This document shows, piece by piece, positions 32,106 through 41,493 of a stretch of DNA of 64,000 nt. Each line of letters starts with the position of its first letter. The first letter of the stretch is position 1. Origin of the DNA: an uncultured cyanobacterium (GTDB lineage: Bacteria; Cyanobacteriota; Cyanobacteriia; Phormidesmidales; Phormidesmidaceae); assembly GCA_963793265.1 (NCBI GenBank), contig CAWBZI010000007.1:384001-448000 (forward strand), in the 5' to 3' direction. Under the pieces are notes generated by a model. The model was not told the DNA's origin and did no database searches. It saw only the letters and a program-made list of their open reading frames with translations. Both the position numbers and the translations under genes were made by a program.

Positions 32106-33389
32106 TCAGCGTATGTAGTAATCACGGGTGCCTCGATCATTGAGCGCTTCGCCAATGCGACTTAGCGCATGAATATAGGCAGCTGTCCTAAACGAAACAT
32201 CTTTATGGCGAGCAATTTGCCAAATGGTTGCCGATTCTTCGGTGATGCGCGATCGCAACTCCTGATTTACTTTATCTAGCTTCCAATACAGTCCGCTCCG
32301 GTTTTGAACCCACTCAAAATGACTTACCATCACGCCGCCAGCATTGACCAATATATCTGGAAAAAGAGAGATTCCTTTCTCTTCTAGAATCTCATCGGCA
32401 TCCGCAGTGACCGGGCCGTTTGCCACTTCAAAAATATACTTAGCTTGAACGCTTCGCGCATTGACAGATGTAATTTGATTTTCTAGCGCTGCTGGGATCA
32501 GAATATCAACATCCAAAGAGAGAATTTCTTCGTTCGTCAAAGTATCATAGCTCGCTACATTACACACGGTATCTTTGCAGTACACATCTTTCATCGTCCG
32601 ATGCGTCTGCTTAAACTGGCGCACGTCTGGAATATGAAGTCCGGCTTTGTTGTAAATGCCACCTTTAGAATCACTCACTGCAACAACTTTATAGCCTGCT
32701 TCAAAAAGCTGTTGAGCGATTACGCTTCCAGCGTTACCAAACCCTTGTATAGCCACCGTCATTGCCTCAGGTGACTTACCTAGCTTTTGCATCATTGAGT
32801 CAAGTACGAAGAATGCGCCTGTTCCAGTCGCTGTGTCACGACCTAAGCTGCCGCCCATGCTAACGGGTTTACCGGTTATAACCGCAGGCGATCGCACCCC
32901 TTTTATAATGCTGTACTGATCCATCATCCAGCCCATAATCATCGGGTTGGTATACATATCAGGCGCAGGAATATCTAAGTCCGGGCCAATGAAAGGAGCG
33001 ATCGCGTCTATGTATCCTCGGCTCAGCCGCTCTAGCTCCAGTCTAGAAAGATCTTTTGGATTCAGCGTAATTCCGCCTTTTGCACCGCCAAACGGCAGGT
33101 TTACCGCCGCGCACTTAAAGGTCATCCAAAAGGCAAGAGACTGAACTTCATCTAGCGAAACATTGGGGTGAAATCGAATACCACCCTTGGTTGGCCCCCT
33201 GGTGTCGTCGTAACGAACCCGGTAGCCTTCAAACACTCGCAAAGAGCCATTATCCATTCGTACGGGAATAGCAACTTTTAGACTGGCTTTAGGTGATTTT
33301 AGGCGCTCGGTAGCATCGTCTGAGATAGGCGCGTACTGTGCAGCTTTTTCGAGTCGGCGACTGGCATCGGTGAGCAAAGTAGCAGGCAT
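32106..33389 (-). CDS. gdhA: Glu/Leu/Phe/Val dehydrogenase, likely glutamate dehydrogenase
   Basis: RGPTKGGIRFHP, PFGGAKGG, IPAPD, QGFGNAG, EVANGP, NAGGV. Confidence 0.9.
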   Translation of the reverse strand: MPATLLTDASRRLEKAAQYAPISDDATERLKSPKASLKVAIPVRMDNGSLRVFEGYRVRYDDTRGPTKGGIRFHPNVSLDEVQSLAFWMTFKCAAVNLPFGGAKGGITLNPKDLSRLELERLSRGYIDAIAPFIGPDLDIPAPDMYTNPMIMGWMMDQYSIIKGVRSPAVITGKPVSMGGSLGRDTATGTGAFFVLDSMMQKLGKSPEAMTVAIQGFGNAGSVIAQQLFEAGYKVVAVSDSKGGIYNKAGLHIPDVRQFKQTHRTMKDVYCKDTVCNVASYDTLTNEEILSLDVDILIPAALENQITSVNARSVQAKYIFEVANGPVTADADEILEEKGISLFPDILVNAGGVMVSHFEWVQNRSGLYWKLDKVNQELRSRITEESATIWQIARHKDVSFRTAAYIHALSRIGEALNDRGTRDYYIR

Positions 33390-33571
33390 AGATAGTCTTC
33401 GCTTTAAGTAGGAAGGCTTCAAGTATAGGCGTAAGGCCCGCAACCTGGTTAAAGGTAAATAATCTGTACGAATAGATACAAACTGCAAGTTTTTTGCGCG
33501 GCGATGTTTTTGCCATGAGTACAGTTATAGATATCAGCCAGCGAGCAGCAGACGCGATTGGGGAGGTAATT

Positions 33572-34963
33572 ATGGCCATCGCAAGCATTAATCCAACTAC
33601 AGGCGAAACCCTCAAAACCTATCAAGCGCTAACGCCCGAGGGGATAGAATCTGCACTCTCTCAAGCTCAGGTGGCTTTCTTATCTTATTCCACAACAACG
33701 TTTAGCCAAAGGCGGCAGTGGATGCATAAAGCCGCTGATATTCTACTGGAGAAGAAAGAAGACTTTGGCAAGACCATGACGCTAGAGATGGGCAAAACGC
33801 TGAAAAGCGCGATCGCTGAAGTTGAAAAGTGCGCCTGGTGCTGCCGCTACTACGCAGATAATGCCGAAGGCTTTTTGCAAGATGAGCCAGCTAAAACGGA
33901 TGCTAGCCAAAGCTACGTACGCTATTTGCCTTTAGGCATCTTGTTGGCCGTAATGCCGTGGAACTATCCTTTTTGGCAGGTGTTTCGAGCCGCCGCTCCA
34001 GCTCTGATGACGGGCAATCCAGTGCTGTTGAAGCACGCCTCTAACGTGCCACAATCAGCCTTAGCGATCGCCGCTGTCTTTGAACAAGCAGGTTTCCCAT
34101 CCGGTATGTTTCAGACGTTGCTGATTGGCCCTGAGCCGGTAGAAGGCATTATTGCCGATGATCGGGTAAAGGCAGTAACGCTGACAGGGAGCGGCCCGGC
34201 AGGCGCGGCAGTGGCACAGACGGCGGCGCGTCATATTAAAAAAGCGGTGTTGGAGTTGGGCGGGAGCGATCCATTTATTGTGCTACCAAGTGCGAATTTG
34301 GAGCAGGCGATCACAACTGCGGCCAGTGCTCGCTTGCTTAATAACGGTCAGTCGTGCATTGCCGCTAAGCGATTCATTTTAGTGGGCAATATTGCCGAAA
34401 CCTTTGAAAAGGGATTGGCCGAAAAGTTTGCTCAGCAAAAGGTCGGCGATCCTTTGAATTTAGACACTGATATTGGGCCTTTGGCAACGCCTAGCATTTT
34501 ACAAGCGCTAGATGCACAGGTGAAAGCCTGCATTGAGAAAGGGGCAACGGTGCTAACAGGTGGAGATATTGCCGCATTGAATCAACAGCTATCGGCTGAT
34601 CTGCGCTCGGGCAATTTTTATCCGCCAACGGTGCTATCAGCAATTCCGCCAGGGACACCGGCTGATAAAGAAGAATTTTTTGGCCCAGTGGCGCTAGTGT
34701 TTCGCGTGGATGATATTGATGAGGCGATCGCACTGGCAAATAGCACTGAGTTTGGCCTCGGCGCAAGCGCCTGGACGAACGATGCTGATGAACAACAGCA
34801 GCTCATCAACAGATTAGACGCAGGTGCTGTTTTCATCAACGGGCTCGTAAAATCCGATCCGCGTTTGCCTTTCGGTGGCGTCAAACTTTCGGGCTACGGA
34901 AGAGAGCTGGGGCGCTACGGCCTGATGGAATTTGTGAATGCCAAAACAGTTTGGATAAGGTAA
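33572..34963 (+). CDS. gabD: Succinate-semialdehyde dehydrogenase
   Basis: MAIASINPTTGE, MPWNYPFWQ, LELGGSDP, NNGQSCIAAKR, EEFFGP. GGAGGT ribosome-binding site before the ATG. Confidence 0.88.
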   Translation: MAIASINPTTGETLKTYQALTPEGIESALSQAQVAFLSYSTTTFSQRRQWMHKAADILLEKKEDFGKTMTLEMGKTLKSAIAEVEKCAWCCRYYADNAEGFLQDEPAKTDASQSYVRYLPLGILLAVMPWNYPFWQVFRAAAPALMTGNPVLLKHASNVPQSALAIAAVFEQAGFPSGMFQTLLIGPEPVEGIIADDRVKAVTLTGSGPAGAAVAQTAARHIKKAVLELGGSDPFIVLPSANLEQAITTAASARLLNNGQSCIAAKRFILVGNIAETFEKGLAEKFAQQKVGDPLNLDTDIGPLATPSILQALDAQVKACIEKGATVLTGGDIAALNQQLSADLRSGNFYPPTVLSAIPPGTPADKEEFFGPVALVFRVDDIDEAIALANSTEFGLGASAWTNDADEQQQLINRLDAGAVFINGLVKSDPRLPFGGVKLSGYGRELGRYGLMEFVNAKTVWIR

Positions 34964-34974
34964 AGACTTAAATT

Positions 34975-36651
34975 ATGAACACTGCCGAACTGCTCGTAAG
35001 CTGCCTAGAAAACGAAGGCGTTGAGTACATTTTTGGACTTCCTGGAGAAGAAAATCTTCAGCTACTACAAGCTCTGAAACGCTCTTCTATCCAGTTTGTT
35101 ACCACGCGCCACGAGCAAGGCGCAGCCTTTATGGCTGACGTATACGGGCGACTTACTGGAAAGGCAGGCGTTTGTCTTTCTACTCTTGGGCCAGGCGCAA
35201 CCAATCTGATGACGGGTGTGGCCGACGCCAATCTAGACCGCGCGCCACTGGTGGCAATCACCGGACAGGTCGGCACCGATCGGATGCATATAGAATCGCA
35301 TCAATATCTTGATTTGGTGGCGATGTTTGAACCTGTTACAAAGTGGAACAAACAGATCGTGCGGCCTGACAATACGCCGGAGATTGTGCGCAAGGCCTTT
35401 CGGCTAGCGCAAAGCGAGCCACCCGGCGCGGTGCATATCGATCTACCTGAAAACATTGCGGCTATGAATGCGAGCGGTGCGCCCTTGCGAGTTGTCCGTC
35501 CGCCGCATCCGGTGGCGTCAGAAGAGAGTTTGCAAAAGGCCACCATCGCCATATCACAAGCAAACAAACCTATCATTTTGGTAGGTAACGGTGCTATTCG
35601 CAGTCGAGCTAGCGAGTCTATCACTCAGTTTTCTCAGCAGCTAAATATTCCGGTCACCAATACCTTTATGGGCAAAGGCGTTCTGGACTATCGGGATGAG
35701 CGATCGCTCTGGACAGTGGGCCTTCAGCAGCGCGACTACATCGCCTGCGCTCTAGATGAAAGCGATCTTATCATCGCCATCGGCTACGACCTAATTGAAT
35801 ACAGCCCTAAAAAGTGGAACCCACAGGGTAATCTACCGATCGTTCACATTTCTGCTACCCTCGCAGAAATCAACAGCAGCTACATTCCTACCGTAGAAAT
35901 TGTTGGTGACATCTCAGATGCGCTTGATGAAATTAGTAAACGCATTCAGCGCTCTGAGCAAGTAATTCAGAGCAGTCCAAAAGAGAAAAAGATCGAAGCG
36001 CGGTTTTCAAGCCTTCGAGCCGAAATGCAGAAAAATTACGAGCAGTACGCGAGCGACGTGGGCTTTCCGATTAAGCCGCAGAAGCTACTGTACGATCTGC
36101 GTCAGGTACTCGATCCTGAAGACATCGTAATTTCTGATGTCGGTGCGCATAAAATGTGGATTGCCAGACACTACCACTGCGCTCGCCCCAACACCTGTTT
36201 AATTTCTAATGGGTTTGCTTCTATGGGCATTGCCATTCCGGGGGGCGTAGCGGCTAAGCTCGTGCATCCCAATCGCAAAGTAGTAGCGGTCACGGGCGAC
36301 GGTGGATTTATGATGAACTCTCAGGAGCTAGAAACAGCTCATCGCATCAACGCTGCGTTTGTCACTATTATTTTTAACGATGGGGGCTATGGGTTGATTG
36401 AGTGGAAACAGGAGTCTCAATATCAGGAGTCTTCTTATATAAAGTTCAACAATCCTGATTTTATTAAGCTAGCAGAGAGCATGAATCTCAAGGGCTATCG
36501 CATTAAGTCGGCAGCAGATTTCATTCCCGTCCTAACCGAAGCGCTTGCTCAAACGGTGCCCAGCGTAATTGATTGTCCTATTGACTATCGGGAGAACCTT
36601 CTATTTAGCGAACAGTCAAAGGGATTGCACTGTCCGTTGCCACCAAGTTAA
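34975..36651 (+). CDS. ogdA: TPP-dependent 2-oxoglutarate decarboxylase (family often annotated acetolactate synthase large subunit)
   Basis: FGLPGEENL, RHEQGAAFMA, GDGGFMMN...FNDGGYG. Directly downstream of SSADH, as in the cyanobacterial TCA bypass operon. Confidence 0.8.
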   Translation: MNTAELLVSCLENEGVEYIFGLPGEENLQLLQALKRSSIQFVTTRHEQGAAFMADVYGRLTGKAGVCLSTLGPGATNLMTGVADANLDRAPLVAITGQVGTDRMHIESHQYLDLVAMFEPVTKWNKQIVRPDNTPEIVRKAFRLAQSEPPGAVHIDLPENIAAMNASGAPLRVVRPPHPVASEESLQKATIAISQANKPIILVGNGAIRSRASESITQFSQQLNIPVTNTFMGKGVLDYRDERSLWTVGLQQRDYIACALDESDLIIAIGYDLIEYSPKKWNPQGNLPIVHISATLAEINSSYIPTVEIVGDISDALDEISKRIQRSEQVIQSSPKEKKIEARFSSLRAEMQKNYEQYASDVGFPIKPQKLLYDLRQVLDPEDIVISDVGAHKMWIARHYHCARPNTCLISNGFASMGIAIPGGVAAKLVHPNRKVVAVTGDGGFMMNSQELETAHRINAAFVTIIFNDGGYGLIEWKQESQYQESSYIKFNNPDFIKLAESMNLKGYRIKSAADFIPVLTEALAQTVPSVIDCPIDYRENLLFSEQSKGLHCPLPPS

Positions 36652-36753
36652 TTGATGTTTTCAAAATCATGATGAAATTGAGGATTTTGTGAAGAACTAA
36701 GATCGCTGAGTGGCTATCTTATGGCTATCGAAAGCAAAATTCAAACTATATTT

Positions 36754-36786
36754 CCTCATAAGTTCTTCAAAGTACGGCGCTATAAC
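36754..36786 (+). promoter_or_regulatory. Island promoter motif 1 (upstream of USP)
   Basis: CCTCA-taagtt-CTTCA-11 nt-TATAAC. A second, inverted repeat pair TGAGG-N6-TGAAG lies at 36679-36694. Confidence 0.6.
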
Positions 36787-36830
36787 GATAGGTAAGAAAA
36801 GAGAAAATTTAGAAGAAACAGGAGATAGAC

Positions 36831-37364
36831 ATGTTTGACAAAATCATCGTTGCTATCAATACAACTGAAAATTACGCTCTCCTATTCGACAAAGCGCTTT
36901 CACTCGCAAAGGCAACTGGCGCAGCGCTGAGATTAGTCAGTGTGATTACGCCTCACTACGACTATGGAACGTCTTTTCGCTACTATCCAGGCTCAGCTGG
37001 CTACGCGGTAACGATGGAGGATGGTTATTGGGATGCTTACCAAAAGCAGTATACAGATCTCAAGGAAGAAGGTTTTAGGATACTGTCTGGCTTGAGCAAC
37101 CAGGCTAGAGCAGAAGGCGTGCAGACTGAATTCTTTCAAAGGAGCGGCGAACCGGGAAAGGTCATCTGTGAGCTAGCCGATACCGAAAAAGCCGATTTGG
37201 TTATCGTTGGGAGCCATGGGCGCAGAGGATTAGAAGAGTTTCTAGTTGGCAGCGTCAGCAGCTACGTTATGCATCGTGCTCCCTGCTCGGTGATGGTTGT
37301 ACGTGGGCTGGCGCAGGTAGATAGTCTCTTTAAAGAGAAAATAGCAGAGACTTCTGTGGCGTAG
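36831..37364 (+). CDS. Universal stress protein
   Basis: MFDKIIVA, GEPGKVIC, ADLVIVGSHGRRGL..VGSVSSYVMHRAPCSV. Confidence 0.92.
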   Translation: MFDKIIVAINTTENYALLFDKALSLAKATGAALRLVSVITPHYDYGTSFRYYPGSAGYAVTMEDGYWDAYQKQYTDLKEEGFRILSGLSNQARAEGVQTEFFQRSGEPGKVICELADTEKADLVIVGSHGRRGLEEFLVGSVSSYVMHRAPCSVMVVRGLAQVDSLFKEKIAETSVA

Positions 37365-37374
37365 CAAGCGCTGT

Positions 37375-37407
37375 CTTCACGAAAACTTCACCTTGTAGGG
37401 TTACAGT
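37375..37407 (+). promoter_or_regulatory. Island promoter motif 2 (upstream of the Zn-ribbon microprotein)
   Basis: CTTCA-cgaaaa-CTTCA-11 nt-TACAGT. Confidence 0.65.
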
Positions 37408-37440
37408 TCAGTTGTCAGTAACAGCAAGGAGCTGAGTCCC

Positions 37441-37599
37441 ATGAACGTTTGTATTTGCTGCCATCATTCTTTGCTACGCCATATCGGTCGAGGTGATGTC
37501 TATTGGTATTGTTCTCAGTGCCATCAGGCTATGCCTGCTATTGAGATAGATGTTACTGACTACCTTTCCAAAAAACAAAAGCGCTTCCTCAGAGACTAG
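37441..37599 (+). CDS. 52-aa zinc-ribbon microprotein (below the ORF track cutoff)
   Basis: MNVCICCHHSLLRHIGRGDVYWYCSQCHQAMPAIEIDVTDYLSKKQKRFLRD*. Two CxxC pairs and an AAGGAG ribosome-binding site. Confidence 0.75.
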   Translation: MNVCICCHHSLLRHIGRGDVYWYCSQCHQAMPAIEIDVTDYLSKKQKRFLRD

Positions 37600-37705
37600 A
37601 ACCTGTTCCTTTTTGTTCAAAAGCTCAGGTTCAAAAGCTCGGCGCAGAGATTCTTGAATCAACAGTGTTTTTGGCCGAACCATTAGCCTGGTATGCCTGA
37701 AGTGA

Positions 37706-38443
37706 CTAGCTTGCGCTCTGATAGCTGGTTTTAGCCTGCCAGGCTTTGGCGGCTTGAGGGTAGTGAACTTGCATACAGCGATCGCAGATACCGTGCGTCA
37801 GCTCAGCTTCAGAATGCTGCTCGATAAATTGTTCAATGGATGACCAAAAGCCGTCATCGTTACGCACGCCCTTACAGTGGGAGCAAATAGGCACTAGCCC
37901 ATCCATCAGCTCTATCTTTTCTAAAGCATCGGCAAGCTTAAAGCAAACTCGCCGATACTCTAGCTGCGAAACGACCTGCCGAGCCAGCGCCTTGAGCTGT
38001 TCTTGCTGCCCTTCTGATAGTTCTCTGGGCTGATGGTCAATCACGCAGAGCGTTCCTAGTGAGTAGCCATCGGAAGTGGTCAGAGGGACGCCTGCGTAGA
38101 ACCGAATATCTGGGGCGCAGGTGACGAGCGGGTTGTCTGAAAATCGCTTATCTTCACTCGCATCGTTGATCACCATAATGTCTGTATCTAGTATGGCATG
38201 GGCACAAAAGGAAACATCGCGAGTGGTTTCGCTGGCGCTTAGCCCTACTTTAGACTTGAACCACTGACGGTCTGAATCGACGAGGCTGACTAACGCAATT
38301 GGCGTATCGCAGATAAAGGCGGCTAGGGCTGTAATATCGTCGTACGTTTGCTCGGGAGGAGTATCTAGTATGTTGTATGCCCTGAGTGCTCTAAGCCTAT
38401 CAGACTCTTTGGAAGGCGGTTTAGCTTTCATAATCAGGTTCAT
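37706..38443 (-). CDS. GAF-domain protein with a C-terminal Cys/His motif
   Basis: RLRALRAYNILDT, SFCAHAI, IRFYAGVPL, LGTLCVID. Tail PICSHCK...THGICDRC. Confidence 0.85.
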   Translation of the reverse strand: MNLIMKAKPPSKESDRLRALRAYNILDTPPEQTYDDITALAAFICDTPIALVSLVDSDRQWFKSKVGLSASETTRDVSFCAHAILDTDIMVINDASEDKRFSDNPLVTCAPDIRFYAGVPLTTSDGYSLGTLCVIDHQPRELSEGQQEQLKALARQVVSQLEYRRVCFKLADALEKIELMDGLVPICSHCKGVRNDDGFWSSIEQFIEQHSEAELTHGICDRCMQVHYPQAAKAWQAKTSYQSAS

Positions 38444-38730
38444 GACGATTCAGTACCTAGTCCTTCTATTTTATCTGCACCGACTAATCGCGAATGTTAA
38501 TACAATATGCGAATGTTAATACAATATTTAGCATGGCGTTTAGTGCGATGCATTCTAGCTCGGATCTACACTAAAGCTCATGCCATTTCAATAGGTAGGA
38601 CGGCAACAACTGCTACATGATATAAAAAACACTATGAATAGCGGCAAAGAGCATTTAAGCTGCTAGTTGTTTTGAAGCTTATGGAAAGACTATGTGATAT
38701 CTGTGCGGATGCTAGAGCGCGGCAAGATTA

Positions 38731-38893
38731 GGGACATGCGTCTAAATAAAGTACCGCTGATAGCGCTGTTCATTGCCTCGGGCATAGCAGTGCTAAGCCC
38801 CTACAGAAATTGACGGTGACGTAGGGGCATAGCACGCTATGCCCCAGGGCAATATTTGTCGGTTTGCCGGTACTTTATTTGAGCGCAGCTCCC
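38731..38893. mobile_element. MITE copy A (163 bp)
   Basis: Imperfect TIRs GGGACATGCGTCTAAATAAAGTACCG and GGGAGCTGCGCTCAAATAAAGTACCG, TTA flanking both ends, near-identical inverted copy at 50078-50239. Confidence 0.88.
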
Positions 38894-39268
38894 TTAGTCT
38901 GCCCAGCCTAACAACGTGCAGATTTGGCTTGCGATCGCCTCTGGTTCAAACGGTTTTAGAATGACGCCAGCACCAAGTTCTTCTAGCTCTTGTCGCTCAA
39001 TCTCTCTAGCTTGGGCAGTGAGAAAAATAACAGGTATTTTCTGAGTTGAGGTTTGGGCCTGAAGCTGGCGAAATAGCGAAATGCCGTCGATACCAGGCAT
39101 CATCACATCTAGCAAAATCGCCTCTGGCTGATTTGCTTGAGCCGCCGCCATGCCTTCTGTGCCAGAGGAGGCCAGCAGCACCTTCCAACCTGCTGTAAAC
39201 TCTAACGCAGCTTTCAGAATTATTCTAATACCCTGTTCATCATCAACTACTAAAACTGTTCGGCTCAT
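38894..39268 (-). CDS. Single-domain response regulator (CheY-like)
   Basis: VLVVDDE, ILLDVMMP, FLTA, KPF. Its TAA stop coincides with the MITE target triplet. Confidence 0.9.
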   Translation of the reverse strand: MSRTVLVVDDEQGIRIILKAALEFTAGWKVLLASSGTEGMAAAQANQPEAILLDVMMPGIDGISLFRQLQAQTSTQKIPVIFLTAQAREIERQELEELGAGVILKPFEPEAIASQICTLLGWAD

Positions 39269-39304
39269 ACTATTAACTCCTAATTGCCTCAAGTCATCCT
39301 CTCG

Positions 39305-41410
39305 CTAGCCGCTGACTGGCAGCGCAAAGCGGAAACAGCTACCTTCGCCAACCGTACTCTCAACCCAAATTTTACCGCCATGCTGCTCAATGATATTACG
39401 GCAAATCGCCAGCCCTAACCCAGTCCCTCCTTTTGCCTGGGCGTTGTTATGGCCGACCTGTGTAAATCTTTCAAACACCTTACTTTGCTGATCTGTAGGA
39501 ATACCAACACCCTCATCGCACACGCTGAAGCAAACAAGTGATTTACCTTCGCCTAGATCTATATCTTTGTAATCAGGCGTAGTGGTGACGCGAATAGTAG
39601 AACCCGGCGGAGAGAATTTGATGGCGTTGTCTAGCAGATTTGTAAGCACCTGATTGAGGCGGTCGCTATCGGCCACGATCTGTAGCCCTGGGTCGTCAAT
39701 CTCAATCGCGACGTTGGCATTAGTCGCTAGTAGCTCAAAAGCTCCTGCTATCTGGCGCGTGAGCGCTCGGGTATGCACAAGCTGCCTTCTCAGAGGACTT
39801 CTCCCAGATTCTAGGCGCTCCAAAGCTAAGATATCACCAACTAGCCTAACTAGCCGCTCGGAGCTTTCAGCCGCAACTTGCAATATATGCTGGCCCTGCT
39901 CAGATTGACTCGTAACAATGCCATGAGAAAGCAGTTTGATACCACCGTGAATTGTTGTTAGCGGCGTCCTCAACTCGTGACTCACCATCGCAACAAAGTC
40001 GCCCTTGAGCTTATCTACTGCGAAGCGCTCGGTTACATCTTCTCCGATGCTCATAGAACCTATGGCGTTACCTTGAGTATCGCGCAGCAGCGTGTTGTTC
40101 CATACTAGAATTCGGGCTTCTCCTGATTTTGTTAAGATCGAATGCTGATGCTGTAGAGGCACTTCAGACTGATGATATAGCTGCTCGAAGTAATCTTCTA
40201 CTTGCGATCGCTCAGGGCCAGGAATAAAGCTTTTAATCCAATCTGCACCCATCGTTTCTTCGGCACTATAGCCGACCAAATCTAGTAGGAAGGGGTTGGC
40301 ATAGGTTACATGGCCATCATGACCCACGCCCACAACAGCTAGCTGGACATCTTCTAAAAGCGTCCGCCAGCGCCGCTCTGACTGACTTAGTTCGGCGCTG
40401 CGCTGCATGACTCTTTCTTCTAGATCGGCGTTGATTTTATTGAGTTGGACGTAGGCTTGTTGAAGTTCGCGCTGCTCGCTTTTTAACCGTTCGTTCAGAC
40501 TAACCTGTTCGTTTTCTAGCGCTTGATTACGAACCTCTAGCAGCGTTTGGTTATCAGTGCGTAGCTGTTCTACTTCTTGTTGTAATAGATCTATCATCTG
40601 TTTTACTTCAGTAGGATTTAACGCCTGTAGCAAGCTACTTTGCGTAACCAGTCCGGCTAGTTTCCCGCTACGGGTACACACCACAAAGCGTCGAACCCGG
40701 TGCTGGTTCATCTGCTGGTGCGTCTGCCATAAAGAATCTTTGGGATGAACGGGCAGTAGTGGTGTGCTCATGACTGTCTGGGCTGATGTGGTTGCCATAT
40801 CCAGACCTAGCGTTTGAAACTGCACGATATCGCGTTCGGTCACAATGCCGATAGGACGAGCATCTGGCGCTAAAATTACCACGCAGCTGACGCCTTCTTC
40901 AGACATTTTTTGAGCGATCTGTCTTACTTTTGTAGAGGTCGGCGCGCACACGACGTTGGTTTGCATTACGCTCTCAACCAGTTTTAGCTTGAGCAACGTG
41001 GAAGGTGTGAGTGCTTTACGCAGACTGTTCTTTGTAATGATGCCGAAGAGGGTGCCGTCTGCTTCTACGACGGGGAGATGGCGCAGGCGATGCTGTTGCA
41101 TCTGTTCAAATACGCTGAAGGCGTCTGTGATATCAGCTTTGTGAATGGTGATAACTGGCTGGGTCATTACCTGCGCGATAGATTTGTTCGAGATAGGGTG
41201 TCCTGATGCGATTAAACGGACTAAATCTCGCTCTGTAAAAATGCCAGCAGGCTGTCGATTTTGGGTAATGAGCACATAGCTATCTTCGCAAGCATTCATC
41301 TGAGCGATCGCCTCTTCTATCGGCGTTTCAGGCGAAACCATTGACGGTGTAGAAATAACGGCTCGACTCACTAGCAAAGCGGCGTTTAGAGGTAGAGGCT
41401 CTGGCTCCAT
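39305..41410 (-). CDS. Cytoplasmic histidine kinase, 4xCBS-PAS-HisKA-HATPase
   Basis: Repeated GIFTERD and GIVTERD CBS motifs, PAS domain, VSHELRTPLT, NLLDNAIKF, GGTGLGL. Confidence 0.9.
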   Translation of the reverse strand: MEPEPLPLNAALLVSRAVISTPSMVSPETPIEEAIAQMNACEDSYVLITQNRQPAGIFTERDLVRLIASGHPISNKSIAQVMTQPVITIHKADITDAFSVFEQMQQHRLRHLPVVEADGTLFGIITKNSLRKALTPSTLLKLKLVESVMQTNVVCAPTSTKVRQIAQKMSEEGVSCVVILAPDARPIGIVTERDIVQFQTLGLDMATTSAQTVMSTPLLPVHPKDSLWQTHQQMNQHRVRRFVVCTRSGKLAGLVTQSSLLQALNPTEVKQMIDLLQQEVEQLRTDNQTLLEVRNQALENEQVSLNERLKSEQRELQQAYVQLNKINADLEERVMQRSAELSQSERRWRTLLEDVQLAVVGVGHDGHVTYANPFLLDLVGYSAEETMGADWIKSFIPGPERSQVEDYFEQLYHQSEVPLQHQHSILTKSGEARILVWNNTLLRDTQGNAIGSMSIGEDVTERFAVDKLKGDFVAMVSHELRTPLTTIHGGIKLLSHGIVTSQSEQGQHILQVAAESSERLVRLVGDILALERLESGRSPLRRQLVHTRALTRQIAGAFELLATNANVAIEIDDPGLQIVADSDRLNQVLTNLLDNAIKFSPPGSTIRVTTTPDYKDIDLGEGKSLVCFSVCDEGVGIPTDQQSKVFERFTQVGHNNAQAKGGTGLGLAICRNIIEQHGGKIWVESTVGEGSCFRFALPVSG

Positions 41411-41446
41411 ATTCAGATATTTAGCTCCTCAACACCGAATCTTTCT

Positions 41447-41479
41447 AGCGTATCTTGAAATAATGACATTCTTGTGAAG
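41447..41479 (-). promoter_or_regulatory. Island promoter motif 3 (upstream of the CBS kinase)
   Basis: Minus strand CTTCA-caagaa-TGTCA-11 nt-TACGCT. Confidence 0.5.
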
Positions 41480-41493
41480 GTATCTGCTGACCC

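Noticed and set aside
34975..36651. Annotation as biosynthetic acetolactate synthase ilvB
   Set aside because: No small subunit or other ilv genes nearby; adjacency to SSADH favours 2-oxoglutarate decarboxylase.
38673..38688. Possible island motif upstream of the GAF gene (CTTTC-N6-CTTCA on the minus strand)
   Set aside because: Weak distal half-site and no -10-like hexamer at the 11-nt spacing.
38780..38850. Repeat-spacer-repeat appearance suggesting a mini-CRISPR
   Set aside because: The two units are inverted, lie inside a TIR-bounded element, and there are no cas genes in the window.
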